A stretch of 64,000 nt of DNA from an uncultured Collinsella sp. (GCA_902491055.1 CABUGI010000003.1:8536-72535); one strand, 5' to 3'; shown: positions 1 through 11,710, numbered from the stretch's first letter. Notes: generated from the letters alone by a model not told the origin. Numbers and translations are program-made.

Positions 1-2
1 TC

Positions 3-1016
3 ATGCTTGATCGTTTCTTTTCGCCCGGTGGCAACATCAACGAATTCCTTCGCAAGATGGGCATCTACTTGGGCATTTCGCTCTTTCTGATCTTTATCCA
101 GCCCGATTTCGGTACTGTCCTGATCATCCTGTTGACCCTCATGTGCATGGCGTTGTTTGCGGGTCTCGACCCCAGATTTATCATCGGCGTGCTAATCTTC
201 GGCATTCTCGTGATTGTGATTGCGCTTGTTGCAGAGCCGTACCGTATGGTGCGTATTCAGGTTGCCTTGAACCCTTGGGCCGACGAGTATGGTGACGGCT
301 ATCAGGCTACGCTTGCCATCATGGCCTTTGCCTCGGGCGGTCTGTTCGGCCGTGGCATCGGCAACTCAACCATGAAGTACTCGTATCTGCCCGAGGCGCA
401 CAATGACTACATCCTGGCCATCATTGGCGAGGAGGTCGGTTTTGTCGGAACCGTGCTGTTCTTCTTGGTGTTTGCGATGCTGATCTATTCGGCGTTTCGC
501 ATTGCCGAGCAGGCGACCGATCGTCGGGGCGCGCTTATGGCGTCTGGCTCCGCGGTCATTCTCGCGGTGCAGTTTTTGATTAACGCGCTGGGCATCCTCA
601 ACGTGTTTCCCATGACGGGCAAACCGTTGCCGTTTATTAGCTACGGCGGTTCGTCGATTATTGTGTCGCTTATGCTTGCCGGATTGATCCTGCGCGTTTC
701 ATACGAGAGCGCCCGTCGCGATGAGTACGACCGTCGCCGCGAGAGCTTTGCCGTTATGGATGAGAGTACCGCTGGCGTGCCCCACGTGCGCGGCGAGCGA
801 TCTTCGCGTAACGGTTTTACCGTCCTGGATGGCTCTGCGACCGAGCCGGCAGTCCGCCCGCGTCAGCGAACGGCGCCGCAAGGTCGTCCTCAGCGCCCCA
901 GCCCTCGCAACGCGGGCGGCGGATATAATCGAATCGATTTGAACTCGGACCCGTCGGCGCGTCTGCGCACCGACGACCAGGGACCGCGTGTACGAAGGGA
1001 CTACCATGACCGATAA
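3..1016 (+). CDS. ftsW: FtsW/RodA/SpoVE (SEDS) family cell-division protein, 5' partial
   Basis: ORF runs off the left edge. Multi-TM, with the motif GRGIGNSTMKYSYLPEAHNDYI. Lies directly upstream of murG in a dcw cluster. Has an R/P-rich C-terminal tail. Confidence 0.9.
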   Translation: MLDRFFSPGGNINEFLRKMGIYLGISLFLIFIQPDFGTVLIILLTLMCMALFAGLDPRFIIGVLIFGILVIVIALVAEPYRMVRIQVALNPWADEYGDGYQATLAIMAFASGGLFGRGIGNSTMKYSYLPEAHNDYILAIIGEEVGFVGTVLFFLVFAMLIYSAFRIAEQATDRRGALMASGSAVILAVQFLINALGILNVFPMTGKPLPFISYGGSSIIVSLMLAGLILRVSYESARRDEYDRRRESFAVMDESTAGVPHVRGERSSRNGFTVLDGSATEPAVRPRQRTAPQGRPQRPSPRNAGGGYNRIDLNSDPSARLRTDDQGPRVRRDYHDR

Positions 1017-2121
1017 GATGACCGTTGCTATTGCAGCCGGCGGCACGGCAGGACACATCAACCCCGCGCTCGCCTTGGCCGAAGAGCTGCGTGATCGTGG
1101 CCACCACGTTGTGTTCGTGGGCCAGTCGCGCAAGCTCGAGGGTCGTCTGGTCCCCGAGGCTGGGTTTGATTTTGTGCCCATTACGGTCACTGGCTTCGAC
1201 CGCTCCCGTCCTTGGACGGCGCTGACCTCGCTGTGGCGTGTCAATAAGGCCAAGCGTGCGCTCGCTGGTCATTTCTCAAAGGTCGGCAAGCCCGACGCTG
1301 CCATCGGTTTCGGAGCCTATGTCGAGGTTCCGCTGCTGGGGTGGTGCAAGGGCGCGGGCGTTCCGTATCTGCTGCATGAGCAGAACTCTGTTCCGGGCCT
1401 GGCCAACAAGATGATGAACTCCCACGCCGCCCGCGTGTGCATCTCGGTGCCGGCAGCGCGTTCGGTCTTTGAGCGCGAAGGTGACCCTGGCCACGTGCTC
1501 ATGACCGGCAACCCCGTACGTCGCTCGGTGATCGAGGGCGATCGCGCTCGCGGCCGCAAAGCACTTGGCGTTCCCGAGGACGCTACGCTGCTGCTCGTCT
1601 TTGGCGGTTCACTTGGCGCCCAGCACCTCAACGAGCGCGTGGTTTCGCTCAAAAACGAGCTGCTTTCGCGCAAGAACCTCTATGTGTTGCATTCGACGGG
1701 TGCCGACGGCTTTGAGGAGACCGAGCGCGCTTTGGCGCTGACGCCCGAGGAGGCGAAGCGTTACCGCGTCCAGTCTTACATCGACAACATGGGCGATATG
1801 CTGGCTGCTGCCGATTTGGTGCTCTCGCGTTCGGGCGCATCGAGCGTGGCCGAGATCGCTGCGCTCGCCGTACCTTCGGTGCTCGTGCCGTATCCGCATG
1901 CGACGGCCGACCACCAAACCACCAATGCCCGTTATCTGGTCGACGCCGGGGCCGGCGTGCTCTGCGCCGATGCCGATATCGACGGTTTTGCCTTTGCCGA
2001 TGAACTGCTGCACCTGGTCGATGACGCGGCGGCGCGCGACGCCATGCGTCAGGCGGCGCGTGGTCTGGCTCAGGATAGGGTCGCCGCTCTTCTGGCGGAT
2101 GCGGTAGAGGGTTTGCGTTAG
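1006..2121 (+). CDS. murG: UDP-GlcNAc:lipid I N-acetylglucosaminyltransferase MurG
   Basis: AAGGTAGHINPALALAEEL motif and dcw position. Start taken at ATG 1006 (MTDKMTV), which overlaps the ftsW stop; the track ORF starts at 988. Confidence 0.93.
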   Translation: MTDKMTVAIAAGGTAGHINPALALAEELRDRGHHVVFVGQSRKLEGRLVPEAGFDFVPITVTGFDRSRPWTALTSLWRVNKAKRALAGHFSKVGKPDAAIGFGAYVEVPLLGWCKGAGVPYLLHEQNSVPGLANKMMNSHAARVCISVPAARSVFEREGDPGHVLMTGNPVRRSVIEGDRARGRKALGVPEDATLLLVFGGSLGAQHLNERVVSLKNELLSRKNLYVLHSTGADGFEETERALALTPEEAKRYRVQSYIDNMGDMLAAADLVLSRSGASSVAEIAALAVPSVLVPYPHATADHQTTNARYLVDAGAGVLCADADIDGFAFADELLHLVDDAAARDAMRQAARGLAQDRVAALLADAVEGLR

Positions 2122-2218
2122 TTAGACGGGATATCGTCGGTCGCCCTCGCGCTGATGCGGTAGGTGCGGTACAGTTAACGGGTTACAGGCAGTGTTTACG
2201 CAAGGAGTACACGAGCAC

Positions 2219-3637
2219 ATGGCTGATTCCCAGACTGCAACCTCCGCGCCCGAGTTTAAGAGCGCCCACTTTATCGGTATCGGCGGCGCCGGCATGAGCG
2301 GCATCGCCCTCGTTCTGCACGAGCGCGGTTATGCCGTTACCGGCTCCGACCTTAAGACGTCACGTTATATCCGCCAGCTTACCCGCGCTGGTGTGAAGGT
2401 GCATGTGGGCCATGAGGCCGCCACGATCGACGAGGTCAAGCCCGACGTGGTTGTTGTCTCCACCGCTATTCCGGAGTCCAACCCTGAACTCGTGCGCGCT
2501 CGCGAGCTTGGTATTCCCGTGTGGCCCCGTGCCAAGATGCTCTCTGCTTTGGGCCACGGCTACACCACCGTCGCTGTTGCCGGCACGCATGGCAAGACCA
2601 CCACGTCTTCGATGTGCGCCACCATGCTCGACCGCATGGGTCTGGATCCGAGCTTCCTGATCGGTGGCATCGTCGAGGGCTATGACACGAACGGCAAGAA
2701 CGGCTCGGGCGACTACTTTGTCGCCGAGGCCGACGAGTCCGACAGCTCCTTCCTGTTCCTGAACCCCAACGTGGTCATTGTGACCAACGTCGAGGCCGAC
2801 CACCTCGATCACTACTCGGGTATCGAGGAGATCGAGGCAACTTTCGCCAAATTCATGAGCCTGGTGGGCGAGGACGGCACCGTCATCGTCTGCGGTGAGG
2901 ACCCGCATCTGGTCGAGCTCGCCAAGTCGACGGGCCGTCACGTGCTTTCCTACGGCTTTGCCGAGAGCAACGACATCGTCTGCATGCACCCGGATGTCAA
3001 GGGCATCCAGAGCGACTTTATCGTTCGCTTTGAGGACGGCACTGAGCACGCTGTGGAGATCAAGAGCAATCCCGGTCGCCACAACATGCTCAACGCCACG
3101 GCGGTGCTCACCGTCGCCCATGTCCTGGGCCTTGACATCGACGCCGCCGCCAAGGCGCTCTCGAGCTTTGAGGGCGTCCGCCGTCGCTTTACCCACGTGG
3201 GCGATATCGATGGCATCACCGTGGTCGATGATTACGGCCATCACCCCACCGAGATCAAGGCGACGCTTGCTGCCGCTTCGTCGCTGGGCTACAAGCACGT
3301 TGACGTCGTGTTCCAGCCGCATCGCTATTCGCGCCTGCAGGCCCTGTGCGACGACTTTGCCGATGCATTTGCCAATGCCGATAAACTGCTGCTGATTGAT
3401 GTGTTCTCGGCTGGCGAGATGCCCATTCCGGGTGTCACCTCTAAGATGCTCGCCGATACCGTGCGCGCCAAGCATCCTGGCAAGGAGGTCGTGTACTGCT
3501 CCAGCCGTCTTGAGCTCAATCAGGAGCTCGAGCAGATGGTGGGCGAGGGCGACCTGCTGCTCACCATGGGTGCCGGTGACGTTACGACCGTCGGTCCCGA
3601 GTTTATCGAGTATCTGACTGCCAAGAAAGACGCTTAA
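2219..3637 (+). CDS. murC: UDP-N-acetylmuramate--L-alanine ligase MurC
   Basis: HFIGIGGAGMSGIA and GTHGKTTT Mur-ligase motifs. AAGGAG at 2203-2208 precedes ATG 2219. Confidence 0.95.
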   Translation: MADSQTATSAPEFKSAHFIGIGGAGMSGIALVLHERGYAVTGSDLKTSRYIRQLTRAGVKVHVGHEAATIDEVKPDVVVVSTAIPESNPELVRARELGIPVWPRAKMLSALGHGYTTVAVAGTHGKTTTSSMCATMLDRMGLDPSFLIGGIVEGYDTNGKNGSGDYFVAEADESDSSFLFLNPNVVIVTNVEADHLDHYSGIEEIEATFAKFMSLVGEDGTVIVCGEDPHLVELAKSTGRHVLSYGFAESNDIVCMHPDVKGIQSDFIVRFEDGTEHAVEIKSNPGRHNMLNATAVLTVAHVLGLDIDAAAKALSSFEGVRRRFTHVGDIDGITVVDDYGHHPTEIKATLAAASSLGYKHVDVVFQPHRYSRLQALCDDFADAFANADKLLLIDVFSAGEMPIPGVTSKMLADTVRAKHPGKEVVYCSSRLELNQELEQMVGEGDLLLTMGAGDVTTVGPEFIEYLTAKKDA

Positions 3638-3642
3638 GTCTA

Positions 3643-4554
3643 ATGGGTCTGTTTAACGCCGTCATGGCGCTCTCGGGCATGATCGACACGGATGTGATCG
3701 AGGACGAGCGCCTTGCGCGTCATACGAGCTATCGTATCGGCGGCAAGGCCGACCTCTTTGTGACGTGCCATAGCTATCATGCCCTTCGCCGCGCCGTGGC
3801 GGTGCTCGATCGCGAGCAGGTGCCGTGGGTCATCATCGGCAAGGGCTCCAATCTGCTGGTTGCCGATGGCGGTTATCGCGGCGCCGTCATTTCGCTCGGA
3901 CGTGAGTTTCAGCGCACGGTTGTTGCCGATGACGGTTGTACGCTGACGGTCGGTGCGGGCGTGATGTTTGCGCGCCTGGTCAACGATGCCCTGTCGCGTA
4001 GCCTCTCGGGCCTTGAGTTTGCCGTTGGCATCCCTGGCTCGGTTGGCGGTGCGATATCTATGAATGCCGGCACACGGACCGAGTGGATTGGCTCGCTGGT
4101 TGAGGATGTCGTAACGTTTGACCCGGCATCCGGTATCAAGCATTATGCGGGGTCCGAGATCACTTGGGGCTACCGCGAATGTAGCCTTCCCCGCAATGAG
4201 ATCATCCTCGAGTGCGTGCTCAAGCTTAAACCGGCGCCCAAGGCCGACATTCGCGAGCGCATGGAACGGTACCTGACGAGGCGCAAGCGTACGCAGCCCA
4301 TGGGTCGCGCATCCTGCGGGTCGGTCTTTCGTAACCCGCCCGATGCGAGTGTGGGCAAGCTTATCGAGGATTGTGGATTAAAGGGTTTTTCGATTGGCGG
4401 CGCGGAAGTTTCGCCCGTTCACGCTAATTTTATCGTTAATAACGGAACTGCCTCGGCCGATGACGTTGCCGCGGTTATCAGACATGTGCACGGAAAGGTG
4501 AGGGAGGCGTATGGCATCGAGCTCAGACCGGAAGTTAAATTCCTCGGCTTCTAG
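3643..4554 (+). CDS. murB: UDP-N-acetylenolpyruvoylglucosamine reductase MurB
   Basis: YRIGGKADLFV, GKGSNLLV and SCGSVFRNP motifs. Confidence 0.95.
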   Translation: MGLFNAVMALSGMIDTDVIEDERLARHTSYRIGGKADLFVTCHSYHALRRAVAVLDREQVPWVIIGKGSNLLVADGGYRGAVISLGREFQRTVVADDGCTLTVGAGVMFARLVNDALSRSLSGLEFAVGIPGSVGGAISMNAGTRTEWIGSLVEDVVTFDPASGIKHYAGSEITWGYRECSLPRNEIILECVLKLKPAPKADIRERMERYLTRRKRTQPMGRASCGSVFRNPPDASVGKLIEDCGLKGFSIGGAEVSPVHANFIVNNGTASADDVAAVIRHVHGKVREAYGIELRPEVKFLGF

Positions 4555-5767
4555 AGCATCGAAACCCACCTTCCGCCGCGCCGGAGGGCGTTCCGGCGCG
4601 CCTGCCAAACCTCAACGCAATACCGTCGCGCACTCTAAGTCTGTCGGGCATGCTCGACAGACCAGTCGTCCGGTTGTCGGCTCGCAGCTCGGTAATCGTC
4701 CGGCCGCAAAAAAGTCCTCGCGTCCCTCGGTGACGTCAAAGCCTGTTATGGGCGCCAAACCTGCCCGTCCCATGGCAACTCCTAAGCCCTCGACGGGAAC
4801 TAAAGCGCCGCGTCCAGGTCGCACGCTGGGCGCATCGAAACCGCGCTCGCTGACATCGGTGCCGGCTACCGCCAAGAAGCCTTCGGGTAAAAAAAGCGTC
4901 AACCCGTTGTCTTCACTTGGGGCGATGGTAAATAAAACATCAGACGCCGCTTCTGTCGTTACAGGCAAAGGCAAAATCGTTGGCGGCGTTCTGGCCGTCT
5001 TGGCCGTGCTCGTCGTCGTTGCCATCGTGGTGATTAACTCTGGATTGTTTACCGCCACTGATATTCAGATTCAAGGCAGCGAGCATGTGACGAAGCACGA
5101 TGCTATCCAGCTGATCGATTTGCCCGAGGGAACGTCGCTTTTTAACGTCGATCCCGACCAGATTACCGAGGACCTCAAGCAGAACCCGTGGGTCTCGGGC
5201 GTAGATGTCCAGCGTCAGTTCCCGCATACGCTCATCATTACGCCGATGGAGCGCAAGGTCATCGCAATTGCCTATATCAGCTCCGATGACCTTGCCTGGG
5301 CCATCGGGGATGATGACACCTGGATCGCCCCGCTGTCGACGTCGGTCGGAGTGGATGACCAGGGCAACGTCATCACGACGGGGCAGGGCTCAAATACCTT
5401 GACCGGAATCGATGCCGCGCTGGCGCTCGCTAAGCACTATGGCGCGGTGTTGTTGACTGATGTCTCGGCGGATGTCGCTCCGGTTTCCGGCCAGGCAGTG
5501 AGCTCCAAGGCCGTTAAGGCTGGCTTGGATTATGTGCGTGGTTTTTCGAGCGAGTTCTTGGGACAAGTCAAGGATATTTCCACGCCTTCGGTCGAAGCCA
5601 TCTCGGCAAACCTCAATAACGGCATTGAGGTGTCGCTGGGCGATTCAGACGATATCGTCAAGAAGGAGCGCGTAGTCACCAAGCTGCTTTCGCAGGTAGA
5701 GGGCGTAACGTATATCAATGTGCGCTCTCCGGGTAACTATACATTTAGGAACGCTCCGACCTCGTAG
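4511..5767 (+). CDS. ftsQ: Cell division protein FtsQ/DivIB-like (POTRA domain)
   Basis: Basic, Pro-rich N-terminus, one TM (VLAVLAVLVVVAIVVI), and a POTRA-like IQIQGSEHVTKHDAIQLIDLPEGTSLFNVD. Sits between murB and ftsZ. Start is uncertain because ATG 4511 lies inside murB. Confidence 0.75.
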   Translation: MASSSDRKLNSSASRASKPTFRRAGGRSGAPAKPQRNTVAHSKSVGHARQTSRPVVGSQLGNRPAAKKSSRPSVTSKPVMGAKPARPMATPKPSTGTKAPRPGRTLGASKPRSLTSVPATAKKPSGKKSVNPLSSLGAMVNKTSDAASVVTGKGKIVGGVLAVLAVLVVVAIVVINSGLFTATDIQIQGSEHVTKHDAIQLIDLPEGTSLFNVDPDQITEDLKQNPWVSGVDVQRQFPHTLIITPMERKVIAIAYISSDDLAWAIGDDDTWIAPLSTSVGVDDQGNVITTGQGSNTLTGIDAALALAKHYGAVLLTDVSADVAPVSGQAVSSKAVKAGLDYVRGFSSEFLGQVKDISTPSVEAISANLNNGIEVSLGDSDDIVKKERVVTKLLSQVEGVTYINVRSPGNYTFRNAPTS

Positions 5768-5966
5768 CGCTGGTTGATGCTTTGTTGAGGGGCCATACCA
5801 CGCCGTTTATCTGGTTTGTTTGGTTTTCACGGTCAATTATTTGACTGATACGTTCATAATGTGCAAACATAATACGGTTTACCTTTGCATTTACTTTCAA
5901 CCTGAAGGTTAATGTGCGCAGGGGTCGACCCATGCTATGGCTATAACCTTTGTTCGGAGGACCGAC

Positions 5967-7121
5967 ATGCACGAGACAGAGATCAACAACTACCTTGCCG
6001 TCATTAAGGTGGTCGGCGTCGGCGGCGGCGGTACCAACGCGGTCAATCGAATGATCGAAGAGGGCATCCGCGGCGTCGAGTTTGTTGCCATCAACACCGA
6101 TGCTCAGGCACTCGCGATCTCTGATGCCGATATCAAGGTGCACATCGGCACCGACCTTACCCGCGGCCTGGGCGCCGGCGCCAACCCCGAGGTTGGCCGC
6201 AAGGCTGCCGATGAGTCCCGCGACGACATTGCCGAGGCGCTCGCTGGCGCCGACATGGTGTTCATCACCTGCGGCGAGGGCGGTGGCACCGGTACCGGCG
6301 CTGCTCCCATCGTTGCCGATATCGCGATGAACGAGGTCGGTGCGCTGACCGTCGCCGTCGTGACCAAGCCCTTCACCTTCGAGGGCCGCAAGCGCAAGAA
6401 GAGCGCCGAGGAGGGCATTAAGACCCTCTCCGATTGCGTCGACACCATGATCGTCATCCCTAACGATAAGCTGCTCGACATCGCCGAGAAGAAGACCACC
6501 ATGCTCGAGGCCTTCGCGATTGCCGATGGCGTCCTTTCCCAGGGCACCCAGGGCATCACCGACCTCATCACCGTCCCCGGTATCATCAACCTGGACTTCG
6601 CCGATGTTAAGACCATCATGAAGCAGGCCGGTACCGCCATGATGGGTATCGGTACCTCTTCTGGGGACACCCGTGCCGTCGACGCTGCCCAGCAGGCCAT
6701 CTCCAGCCCGCTGCTCGAGAGCTCCATCGATGGTGCCACGCGCGTGCTGCTCTCCATCGCCGGTTCCAAGGACCTGGGCATCCAGGAGATCAGCGACGCC
6801 GCCGACGTTGTCGCCAACGCCGTCGACCCCGAGGCCAACATCATCTTCGGTACCGTTGTCGACGAGTCCCTGGGCGATCAGGTGCGTATCACCGTCATCG
6901 CTACGGGCTTCTCCGACTCCAACGTCAACCGTCAGGACGAGCTCTTTGCTGCTCAGCAGTCTCAGAGCAAGGCCGCTGCCTCCGCTGAGCCGCAGCGCAC
7001 CGCTCCTGCCACGAGCCCGGCTCAGGCCGCTCCGACCCGCAACGTCGGTGGCACCGAGCTTCCTAACTTCGGCAACGATCAGTTCGAGCTTCCCGACTTC
7101 CTGAAGCGCGGTAGCTTCTAA
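5967..7121 (+). CDS. ftsZ: Cell division GTPase FtsZ
   Basis: [13 protein letters not shown] and [10 protein letters not shown] tubulin signature. GGAGGA RBS precedes ATG 5967; the track ORF starts at 5937. Confidence 0.97.
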   Translation: MHETEINNYLAVIKVVGVGGGGTNAVNRMIEEGIRGVEFVAINTDAQALAISDADIKVHIGTDLTRGLGAGANPEVGRKAADESRDDIAEALAGADMVFITCGEGGGTGTGAAPIVADIAMNEVGALTVAVVTKPFTFEGRKRKKSAEEGIKTLSDCVDTMIVIPNDKLLDIAEKKTTMLEAFAIADGVLSQGTQGITDLITVPGIINLDFADVKTIMKQAGTAMMGIGTSSGDTRAVDAAQQAISSPLLESSIDGATRVLLSIAGSKDLGIQEISDAADVVANAVDPEANIIFGTVVDESLGDQVRITVIATGFSDSNVNRQDELFAAQQSQSKAAASAEPQRTAPATSPAQAAPTRNVGGTELPNFGNDQFELPDFLKRGSF

Positions 7122-7146
7122 GTCGTTCTTTGCATTGTTGTGCACA

Positions 7147-7180
7147 GGGGCGTGTCCGTATGGACGCGCCCTTTTTATTT
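7147..7180 (+). terminator. Intrinsic terminator after ftsZ
   Basis: GGGGCGTGTCC / GGACGCGCCCT stem followed by TTTTTATTT. Confidence 0.5.
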
Positions 7181-7331
7181 CGACTTTGTAAACTAGAACC
7201 TCCAATCTCTTTACGTTCCCTTTACGATTGCCTCCAGCGCAGCAGGTATTCTTTTAGAGAAGTATGACAGCCGTATAAACGCGGGCTGTAGCGGCGATGC
7301 CGCGGTACTTGTGTTATTAGGAGGCTTTAGT

Positions 7332-8132
7332 ATGGCAGCACGTGCGGACAAAGTTTCGCGTGTCGACCATGATGGAGTTACGTTGGTGGAGGGCGCGACA
7401 TCCGATGTTCGCTTTGCCTTCACCGAGCGCGCCGGTGGCGTTTCCGAAGATGCGTACTCCTCACTCAACTTGGGCTCGCATGTTGGCGATGACCCCTTTG
7501 CTGTTCAAGAAAATCGTCGTCGTGCGCTCGAGGCTATGGGTGCCGCCGAGTGCGAGCACAACCTGCTCGTTCCCAATCAGGTCCATGGTGATCATATCGT
7601 TGCGGTGACCTCGAACGGCGCCGATGACCTTGAGGACGTTCGCGAGCAGATTGCCGAGGGCTGTGATGCCATCGTCTGCACGGCGCATAACGTGCCCGTG
7701 CTGCTCTGCTTTGCCGACTGCGTTCCCGTGGTGCTGGTGGCCCCCGGCGGATTTGCCGTGGTGCACTCCGGTTGGAAGGGCACGATTGCACGTATTTCCG
7801 CCAAGGCGTGCCAGGCGCTTTGCGATGCTGCCGGTTGCGATGCGAGCGACGTTTCCGCCTATATCGGCCCCCATATCTTGGGTGACGAATATGAGGTATC
7901 CCAGGAACTCATGGATCGCTTTGCCGCCGAGTTCTCTTGCATCGATGCGAATACCTCTCGCATGCTTGATCTTTCCGCTGCCATTCGCGAGGCGCTGGTA
8001 GATGTCGGTGTCGACACGGATAATATCGTGGATACCCAGCTTTCGACCGTGCGTCAGAACGACCGCTTTTATTCCTACCGTAACGAGGACGGCACCTGTG
8101 GGCGCCATGCTGCGATCGGCGTGATGCTATGA
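7332..8132 (+). CDS. pgeF: Peptidoglycan editing factor PgeF / YfiH (laccase-domain, DUF152) protein
   Basis: HSGWKGT and RFYSYRNEDGTCGRH motifs. Occupies the canonical post-ftsZ position. AGGAGG RBS precedes ATG 7332. Confidence 0.85.
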   Translation: MAARADKVSRVDHDGVTLVEGATSDVRFAFTERAGGVSEDAYSSLNLGSHVGDDPFAVQENRRRALEAMGAAECEHNLLVPNQVHGDHIVAVTSNGADDLEDVREQIAEGCDAIVCTAHNVPVLLCFADCVPVVLVAPGGFAVVHSGWKGTIARISAKACQALCDAAGCDASDVSAYIGPHILGDEYEVSQELMDRFAAEFSCIDANTSRMLDLSAAIREALVDVGVDTDNIVDTQLSTVRQNDRFYSYRNEDGTCGRHAAIGVML

Positions 8133-8965
8133 GAAAGATCGTATCGGTCCTGAGCGCCGCTGTGCTTACGCTTACGCTGTGCGCCTGTTCTTCGGGATCT
8201 TCTACCTCTTCCATTACCGTGGCCGGCTCCACGACCTGCCTTCCTATCGCCGAGATTGCGGCCGAGGGCTTTAAGGAGGAGACCGGCATCGACGTGCTCG
8301 TTTCCGGTTTGGGTTCTTCCGCTGGGATCGAGGCCGTCAGCGCCGGCACGGCCGATATCGCCAGCTCCTCCCGTGGACTCAATGCCGACGAACAGGATCT
8401 GGGCCTGACTCCCATCGTCATTGCCCACGACGGTATTGCGGTCATCGTGAACGACGACAACCCCGTCGATAACCTCTCGACCGAGCAGCTCCGCGATATC
8501 TACGCCGGCAAGATTACCAATTGGAAAGAGGTCGGTGGCGAGGACCTGAGGATTCAGGTCATCAACCGAGACGAGGCGTCCGGTACGCGCGAGGCCTTCC
8601 GTACCATCGTGATGGATGGCACGCCGTTCGATCGCCGCTCGGCTGTTCTTTCGGGTACGGGCCAGGTGCGCGACGTGGTATCTCGTTCGCGTGGGGCCAT
8701 CGGCTACATTTCGCTGGGCTTCGTCGATAGCCTCAACGCCAAGACCTCGGTCAAGGCTGTCTCGGTCAATCATGTTGAGGCGTCCGAGAAGACGGTCGCG
8801 AGTGGCGGCTATCCCATCTCGCGCGACCTTTACTTCTTTGTGAAGGGTGCGCCTTCGCAGCAGGCGCAGGATTACATCGACTACGTGACGTCCGAAAAGA
8901 TGGACAAGCAGATTCGCGAGGCGGGCTTTATTCCCGTCACCAACGACGAGAAGGGGAGTGAGTAG
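8129..8965 (+). CDS. pstS: Phosphate ABC transporter substrate-binding lipoprotein PstS
   Basis: Lipobox LTLTLCAC. PBP-fold sequence followed by pstCAB. The ATG overlaps the pgeF stop (ATGA). Confidence 0.9.
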   Translation: MRKIVSVLSAAVLTLTLCACSSGSSTSSITVAGSTTCLPIAEIAAEGFKEETGIDVLVSGLGSSAGIEAVSAGTADIASSSRGLNADEQDLGLTPIVIAHDGIAVIVNDDNPVDNLSTEQLRDIYAGKITNWKEVGGEDLRIQVINRDEASGTREAFRTIVMDGTPFDRRSAVLSGTGQVRDVVSRSRGAIGYISLGFVDSLNAKTSVKAVSVNHVEASEKTVASGGYPISRDLYFFVKGAPSQQAQDYIDYVTSEKMDKQIREAGFIPVTNDEKGSE

Positions 8966-8966
8966 C

Positions 8967-9893
8967 ATGGAAGCACAGGAAAACTCCCAGACTGAGCAGA
9001 ATGCTCAGGCACCCAAGAAGCGCGAGCTGGCGCTCGTATCGCGCAGTACCTATATCAAGGAGAAGGCGCTGCAGTGGATCTTCTTTGCCTGCGCGTTTTT
9101 GGCGGTCGTTACCGTCATCCTGATTTTTGTCTTTACCACGTACTCGGCGCTGCCCGTCTTTACCGACATCGGTCTGGCGGACTTCTTTAGCTTTACGTGG
9201 GCGCCCTCTGAGGGCCACTACGGCATCATGTCGCTGCTTGCCGGCTCAGGTCTGGTGACCGTCGGTGCGCTCGCCATGGGCGTGCCGCTGGGCGTGGGCA
9301 CGGCCGTGTACCTGGTCGAGATCGCCGGCAAGCGCGTGCGCAAGCTCATCAGCCCTGCCGTCGACCTGCTGGCCGGCATCCCTTCTATCATCTACGGCTT
9401 TTTCGGCATGATCATCATCCGCCCGTTTATCGCACAACTGACCGGCGGCCTTGGTTTTGGTGCGCTGACGGCGTGGTTTGTGCTCGCCATCATGATCGTC
9501 CCTACCATCACCACGCTCACCATCGATGCCCTCAATTCCATTCCCATGGGCATTCGCGAGGCATCGTATGCCATGGGTGCTACTAAGTGGCAGACCATCT
9601 ATAAGGTCGTGCTACCTGCCGCTAAGCTGGGTATCGTGGATGCCATCGTGCTGGGTATGGGCCGTGCCATCGGAGAGACCATGGCCGTGCTCATGGTCGT
9701 GGGTAACGCCCCGGTTATTCCCGACAGCATTGCGAGCCCTATCTCGACGCTCACGAGCCAGATCGCGCTCGACATGAGCTATTCCTCGGGTCTGCATCGC
9801 TCGGCGCTGTTCGGCATGGGCGTGGTCCTGTTTATCATCTCCGCCACGCTGGTGGGCATCGTCCGTCTGATTTCCAAGAAGAAGAGGGGGTAG
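8967..9893 (+). CDS. pstC: Phosphate ABC transporter permease PstC
   Basis: Multi-TM with the EAA-loop region AMGATKWQTIYKVVLP. Confidence 0.9.
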   Translation: MEAQENSQTEQNAQAPKKRELALVSRSTYIKEKALQWIFFACAFLAVVTVILIFVFTTYSALPVFTDIGLADFFSFTWAPSEGHYGIMSLLAGSGLVTVGALAMGVPLGVGTAVYLVEIAGKRVRKLISPAVDLLAGIPSIIYGFFGMIIIRPFIAQLTGGLGFGALTAWFVLAIMIVPTITTLTIDALNSIPMGIREASYAMGATKWQTIYKVVLPAAKLGIVDAIVLGMGRAIGETMAVLMVVGNAPVIPDSIASPISTLTSQIALDMSYSSGLHRSALFGMGVVLFIISATLVGIVRLISKKKRG

Positions 9894-9896
9894 GCT

Positions 9897-10802
9897 ATGT
9901 CCGATTCCGTTGACACGACGGTCGATACGACCTCGTCGCGCGAGCGCATCAAGCGTGCCCTTTCCCACGGCAAGAAGGGCCGCATCAACAAGGACCTGTC
10001 CAACAAGATCATGCTTGGCGTGTTTCGTGCCGCTGCCTACATCACCACGCTGGTGCTGGTCGCTATCATCGCCTACGTGGTCATCAACGGCCTGCCACAC
10101 ATCTCGCTCGACTTTATCTTCGGTTGGCCCCAGGGCGTCAACGCCGAGGGCGGAATTTGGCCCACGATCGTCTCGACCGTCTACGTGACGGCGCTCGCCA
10201 TGCTTATCTGCACGCCGATCGCTGTGCTGGCAGCCGTCTATCTGGCCGAGTACGCCAAGCAGGGCAAGGTCGTCGAGCTCATTCGCTACGCTGCTGACGC
10301 TTTGGCCTCGGTGCCCTCCATCGTTATGGGCCTGTTTGGCTACGCCTTGTTTGTCGAGGCCATGGGTCTGGGCCTTTCGATGGTCTCGGCCGCCCTGGCA
10401 CTCGCGCTCTTGATGCTTCCCATCGTCATGCGTACCACCGAAGAGGCCATTCGCGCCGTTCCGCGCTATATCCGCTGGGGCGCATATGGCCTGGGCGCCA
10501 CCAAGTGGCAGGTTGTCTCCAAGATCGTGCTTCCTTCTGCCTTTGGCCGTATTGCCACGGGCATCGTTCTCGCCATCGGCCGTGCCATTGGCGAGACCGC
10601 GGTGGTGCTCTACACCATGGGGCAGGCCATCAATCTACCTATTTCGCCGCTCGATTCCGGCCGCCCCATGACGGTTCACCTGTATCTGCTTGCCAACGAC
10701 GGCATCAACATGAACGCAGCCTACGGCACCGCGCTCTTGCTGATGGTGATCATTCTGGCCTTCAACCTGTTTGCGCGCTTCCTGTCGCGCAGGCGTCGCT
10801 AG
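9897..10802 (+). CDS. pstA: Phosphate ABC transporter permease PstA
   Basis: Multi-TM with GLGATKWQVVSKIVLP. Confidence 0.9.
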   Translation: MSDSVDTTVDTTSSRERIKRALSHGKKGRINKDLSNKIMLGVFRAAAYITTLVLVAIIAYVVINGLPHISLDFIFGWPQGVNAEGGIWPTIVSTVYVTALAMLICTPIAVLAAVYLAEYAKQGKVVELIRYAADALASVPSIVMGLFGYALFVEAMGLGLSMVSAALALALLMLPIVMRTTEEAIRAVPRYIRWGAYGLGATKWQVVSKIVLPSAFGRIATGIVLAIGRAIGETAVVLYTMGQAINLPISPLDSGRPMTVHLYLLANDGINMNAAYGTALLLMVIILAFNLFARFLSRRRR

Positions 10803-10814
10803 TTAAGGAGTCCC

Positions 10815-11618
<804 letters not shown>

Positions 11619-11710
11619 TCGGTGCGACTAGTCCCAAGCCGATCGGATCTGGTCCGGTGCGTATTCACTGTGCGGGCGGCATGACCGCACCCAACTGATT
11701 GGAGTGAACC

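Noticed and set aside
988-1005. Upstream alternative starts offered by the ORF track (for example murG 988, murC 2192, ftsZ 5937, polA 27290, yaaA 25862, aminopeptidase 27378)
   Set aside because: In each case a downstream ATG has a properly spaced Shine-Dalgarno sequence and matches the conserved N-terminus of the family. The upstream extensions overlap neighbouring genes or intergenic repeats.
5745-7205. 486-aa ORF on the minus strand
   Set aside because: It is exactly antisense to ftsZ. The Gly/Asp/Val-rich translation is typical of shadow frames in GC-rich DNA, and there is no RBS or family signal.
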